A DNA stretch of 37,369 bases from Candidatus Thalassarchaeaceae archaeon (GTDB taxonomy: Archaea; Thermoplasmatota; Poseidoniia; Poseidoniales; Thalassarchaeaceae): contig CBFHYB010000003.1 in the NCBI GenBank assembly GCA_965659915.1, positions 1 to 37,369 on the forward strand, read 5' to 3'. Both the position numbers and the translations under genes were made by a program. Shown here piece by piece: positions 35,706 through 37,369 of the stretch. Within the stretch, counting starts at the first letter, position 1; the number at the start of each line of letters is the position of its first letter. Below the pieces are notes generated by a model, which was given only the letters and a program-made list of their open reading frames with translations, made no database searches and was not told the DNA's origin.

Positions 35706-37369
35706 ATGGGATACTTGCATCTGAAAGCAATAGAAATGGAGAATTTTAAATCGTTTAAAGGAGAAGTCGTAATACCGTTTGAAGTCGGTTTTACTGGAAT
35801 AACAGGGCCTAATGGTTCTGGCAAATCAAATTGTGGGGATGCACTACAGTTTGTGTTAGGTGCTAAGAGTTCGAAAAGCCTTCGCGCTGAAAATGTAGGT
35901 CAACTGATATTCAATGGTGGTAACCGCGGTAAAGCTGCAAAAAATTGCAAAGTCACCCTCATTTTTGACAATCCAAAAGATTCCAATGGTAATCGAAGAT
36001 TGAAGGTTGATACAGATGAAGTTCTCCTTACAAGAACTGTTAGGTTAGGCCGTAAAGGCAATTCAAACTCTGCTTATTATCTCAATGAAAGGCCTTCAAC
36101 TGCAACTGAATTCCGCCGCCTCTTGACTGGAGCAGGTGCCAGAGGTGATGGATACAATATCGTTCTTCAAGGAGATGTTACTCACCTCGCCACTATGACT
36201 GACCGTGCTCGTCGTAAGGTTCTCGAAGATGTTGCAGGGGTAACTTCCTATGACGATGAGATACGTAAGGCAAATCGCCAACGTGACAAAGTTGAGCAGT
36301 ATCTTGAACAGATTACTCTGCTAGAGGATGAAATCAATAAGCGAATCAAAACGCTGGCTAAAGAACGTGAGCAAGCGATGAAGTATCGTGAATTACAGGA
36401 AACGTTGGAAACCGCTCGTAGGACTTTGATGCACTCTCGTCACCGTAGCCGATTAGAAGAAATTGAATTGGTTACCGATGAGCGAGGTAACTACATCGTT
36501 CGCCTCAGTGAAATCGGTGAAGAGATTGAAGCCGATAACAAGCAAGAATTGTCAATTGAAGACGAGTTGGCTGAAATTCAGCGCCAATTAAATGAGGTGT
36601 TGGGAGATGATGGTAAGAAATTAGGCGACCAACAGCGCCGCTTAGACGTTGAAGTTGAAACAAGGAAAGACCGCATGTCAGGATTGAAGGAAGACATTCG
36701 CGAAGCGAGTGATGAACAAGAAGTTCTCCTTGCAGAACAGGTTGAAGCCGAACAAGCGCTTGCGTCTCACGAAGAATCTCTAGATTCAGCAAGAGATACT
36801 CTCAAGAAAGCAGAAGAGGATCTTCAAGGCGCTGCTGAGGTGGAAGAAGACGCGCGCTCCGCTCTTGATTCAGGGGATAAAGTGGTTCACGAACTCAATC
36901 GCGCTTTTGGTAAAGCGACTGAATCGGTTGAAAAGACTCAGGAAGTTGCAAATAAAGCGATCCTAAAGGTTGGTGCCGAAACTCAGAATGTTGAATTTTT
37001 ACACCAACAACTCGCTGACCTTGAAACTGCCCTTGATGAAGCAAGATTGAATCGTGATGACCTATTACTTCAGGGCGAAGAATTAGATTCCAATGCACCT
37101 GAACAAGACCGCACAAAATTGGCTCAAGAGTTGGCAAAAATCCAACGTCAAGAACGCGGCTTACTAGATGATGTACAGAGGTCTGAGGAACAATTGCGTG
37201 ATGCAGAGATGGCTTTGGTTAGGGCCAGGGGTGAACTTGAGAACCGCAGTGGTAGCACTGCTGGCATGGCCCGCGCAGTCAAGGCTGTATTGAATCTCAG
37301 AGATTCAGGTGAAGTTCGAGGCATACTCGGCTCAATGTCAGAACTTTGTGCACCAAAAGATTCGCGGGA
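35706..37369 (+). CDS. smc: Chromosome segregation protein SMC, N-terminal head, first coiled-coil arm and start of the hinge (3' partial, runs off the window)
   Basis: Not in the ORF track because no stop lies inside the window. I translated it by hand from the ATG at 35706: MGYLHLKAIEMENFKSFKGEVVIPFEVGFTGITGPNGSGKSNCGDALQFVLG (Walker A), then VLQGDVTHLATMTDRARRKVLEDVAGV, then about 350 aa of heptad-rich coiled coil, ending in RGILGSMSELCAPKD (hinge entry). No in-frame stop through 37369. Confidence 0.92.
   Translation, partial: MGYLHLKAIEMENFKSFKGEVVIPFEVGFTGITGPNGSGKSNCGDALQFVLGAKSSKSLRAENVGQLIFNGGNRGKAAKNCKVTLIFDNPKDSNGNRRLKVDTDEVLLTRTVRLGRKGNSNSAYYLNERPSTATEFRRLLTGAGARGDGYNIVLQGDVTHLATMTDRARRKVLEDVAGVTSYDDEIRKANRQRDKVEQYLEQITLLEDEINKRIKTLAKEREQAMKYRELQETLETARRTLMHSRHRSRLEEIELVTDERGNYIVRLSEIGEEIEADNKQELSIEDELAEIQRQLNEVLGDDGKKLGDQQRRLDVEVETRKDRMSGLKEDIREASDEQEVLLAEQVEAEQALASHEESLDSARDTLKKAEEDLQGAAEVEEDARSALDSGDKVVHELNRAFGKATESVEKTQEVANKAILKVGAETQNVEFLHQQLADLETALDEARLNRDDLLLQGEELDSNAPEQDRTKLAQELAKIQRQERGLLDDVQRSEEQLRDAEMALVRARGELENRSGSTAGMARAVKAVLNLRDSGEVRGILGSMSELCAPKDSR

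Noticed and set aside
35546-35824. 92-aa minus-strand ORF upstream of and overlapping the smc start
   Set aside because: Its first third is antisense to the highly conserved SMC Walker A region. The rest lies in the GC-rich spacer. It has no motif.
1-37369. CRISPR arrays, IS elements/transposases, toxin-antitoxin pairs, restriction-modification or other recognisable defence genes
   Set aside because: I scanned both strands and the ORF track. I found no regularly spaced repeats and no transposase, integrase, Cas or nuclease-methylase signatures. The window appears to be core chromosome.

Overview
The window reads as a chromosomal segment of a marine planktonic euryarchaeon, probably Thermoplasmatota (Marine Group II/III-like). 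That placement is an inference from gene content and the acidic proteins. The strand is densely coding, with about 36 protein genes and one tRNA. I saw no CRISPR array, transposase, integrase or rRNA.

Left to right, the genes are:
- a secreted FG-GAP/ASPIC repeat protein, cut at the 5' edge
- an endonuclease-IV-like TIM-barrel protein with a lysine-rich then acidic tail
- a K+ channel with a SHOCT-like C-terminal domain
- an orphan membrane protein
- mogA
- bacterial-type RNase PH, followed by tRNA-Phe(GAA)
- an AstE/AspA-family deacylase
- a GC-rich structured non-coding element
- a translationally coupled RPA / RPA-associated protein pair
- a tight four-gene cassette: a small orphan, two half-size T2SS-F (TadB/TadC- or FlaJ-like) platform proteins, and a FlaI/TadA-type secretion ATPase
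- a convergent protein with three SAP/HeH motifs
- a HemC-like protein lacking the catalytic residues
- idsA, overlapping a geranylgeranyl reductase gene
- a UbiE/MenG methyltransferase
- a complete A1Ao ATP synthase operon in the order H-I-K-E-C-F-A-B-D
- an 857-aa membrane protein that looks like an inactivated site-2 protease fused to a large ectodomain
- panE
- an NTF2-like protein
- nadB
- a membrane protein with a C-terminal CxxCxGxG zinc knuckle
- the 5' half of smc, which runs off the right edge and is absent from the ORF track

Most of the window is ordinary housekeeping. The best candidate for an undescribed system is the pilin-less, split-platform secretion-ATPase cassette at 10955-13901. 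It is bracketed by DNA-binding proteins (RPA/RPAP upstream, the triple-SAP protein convergent downstream). Its function cannot be read from the sequence. Several ORF-track starts are longest-ORF artefacts. I re-set them using Shine-Dalgarno-like GGAGG motifs and homologue N-termini.
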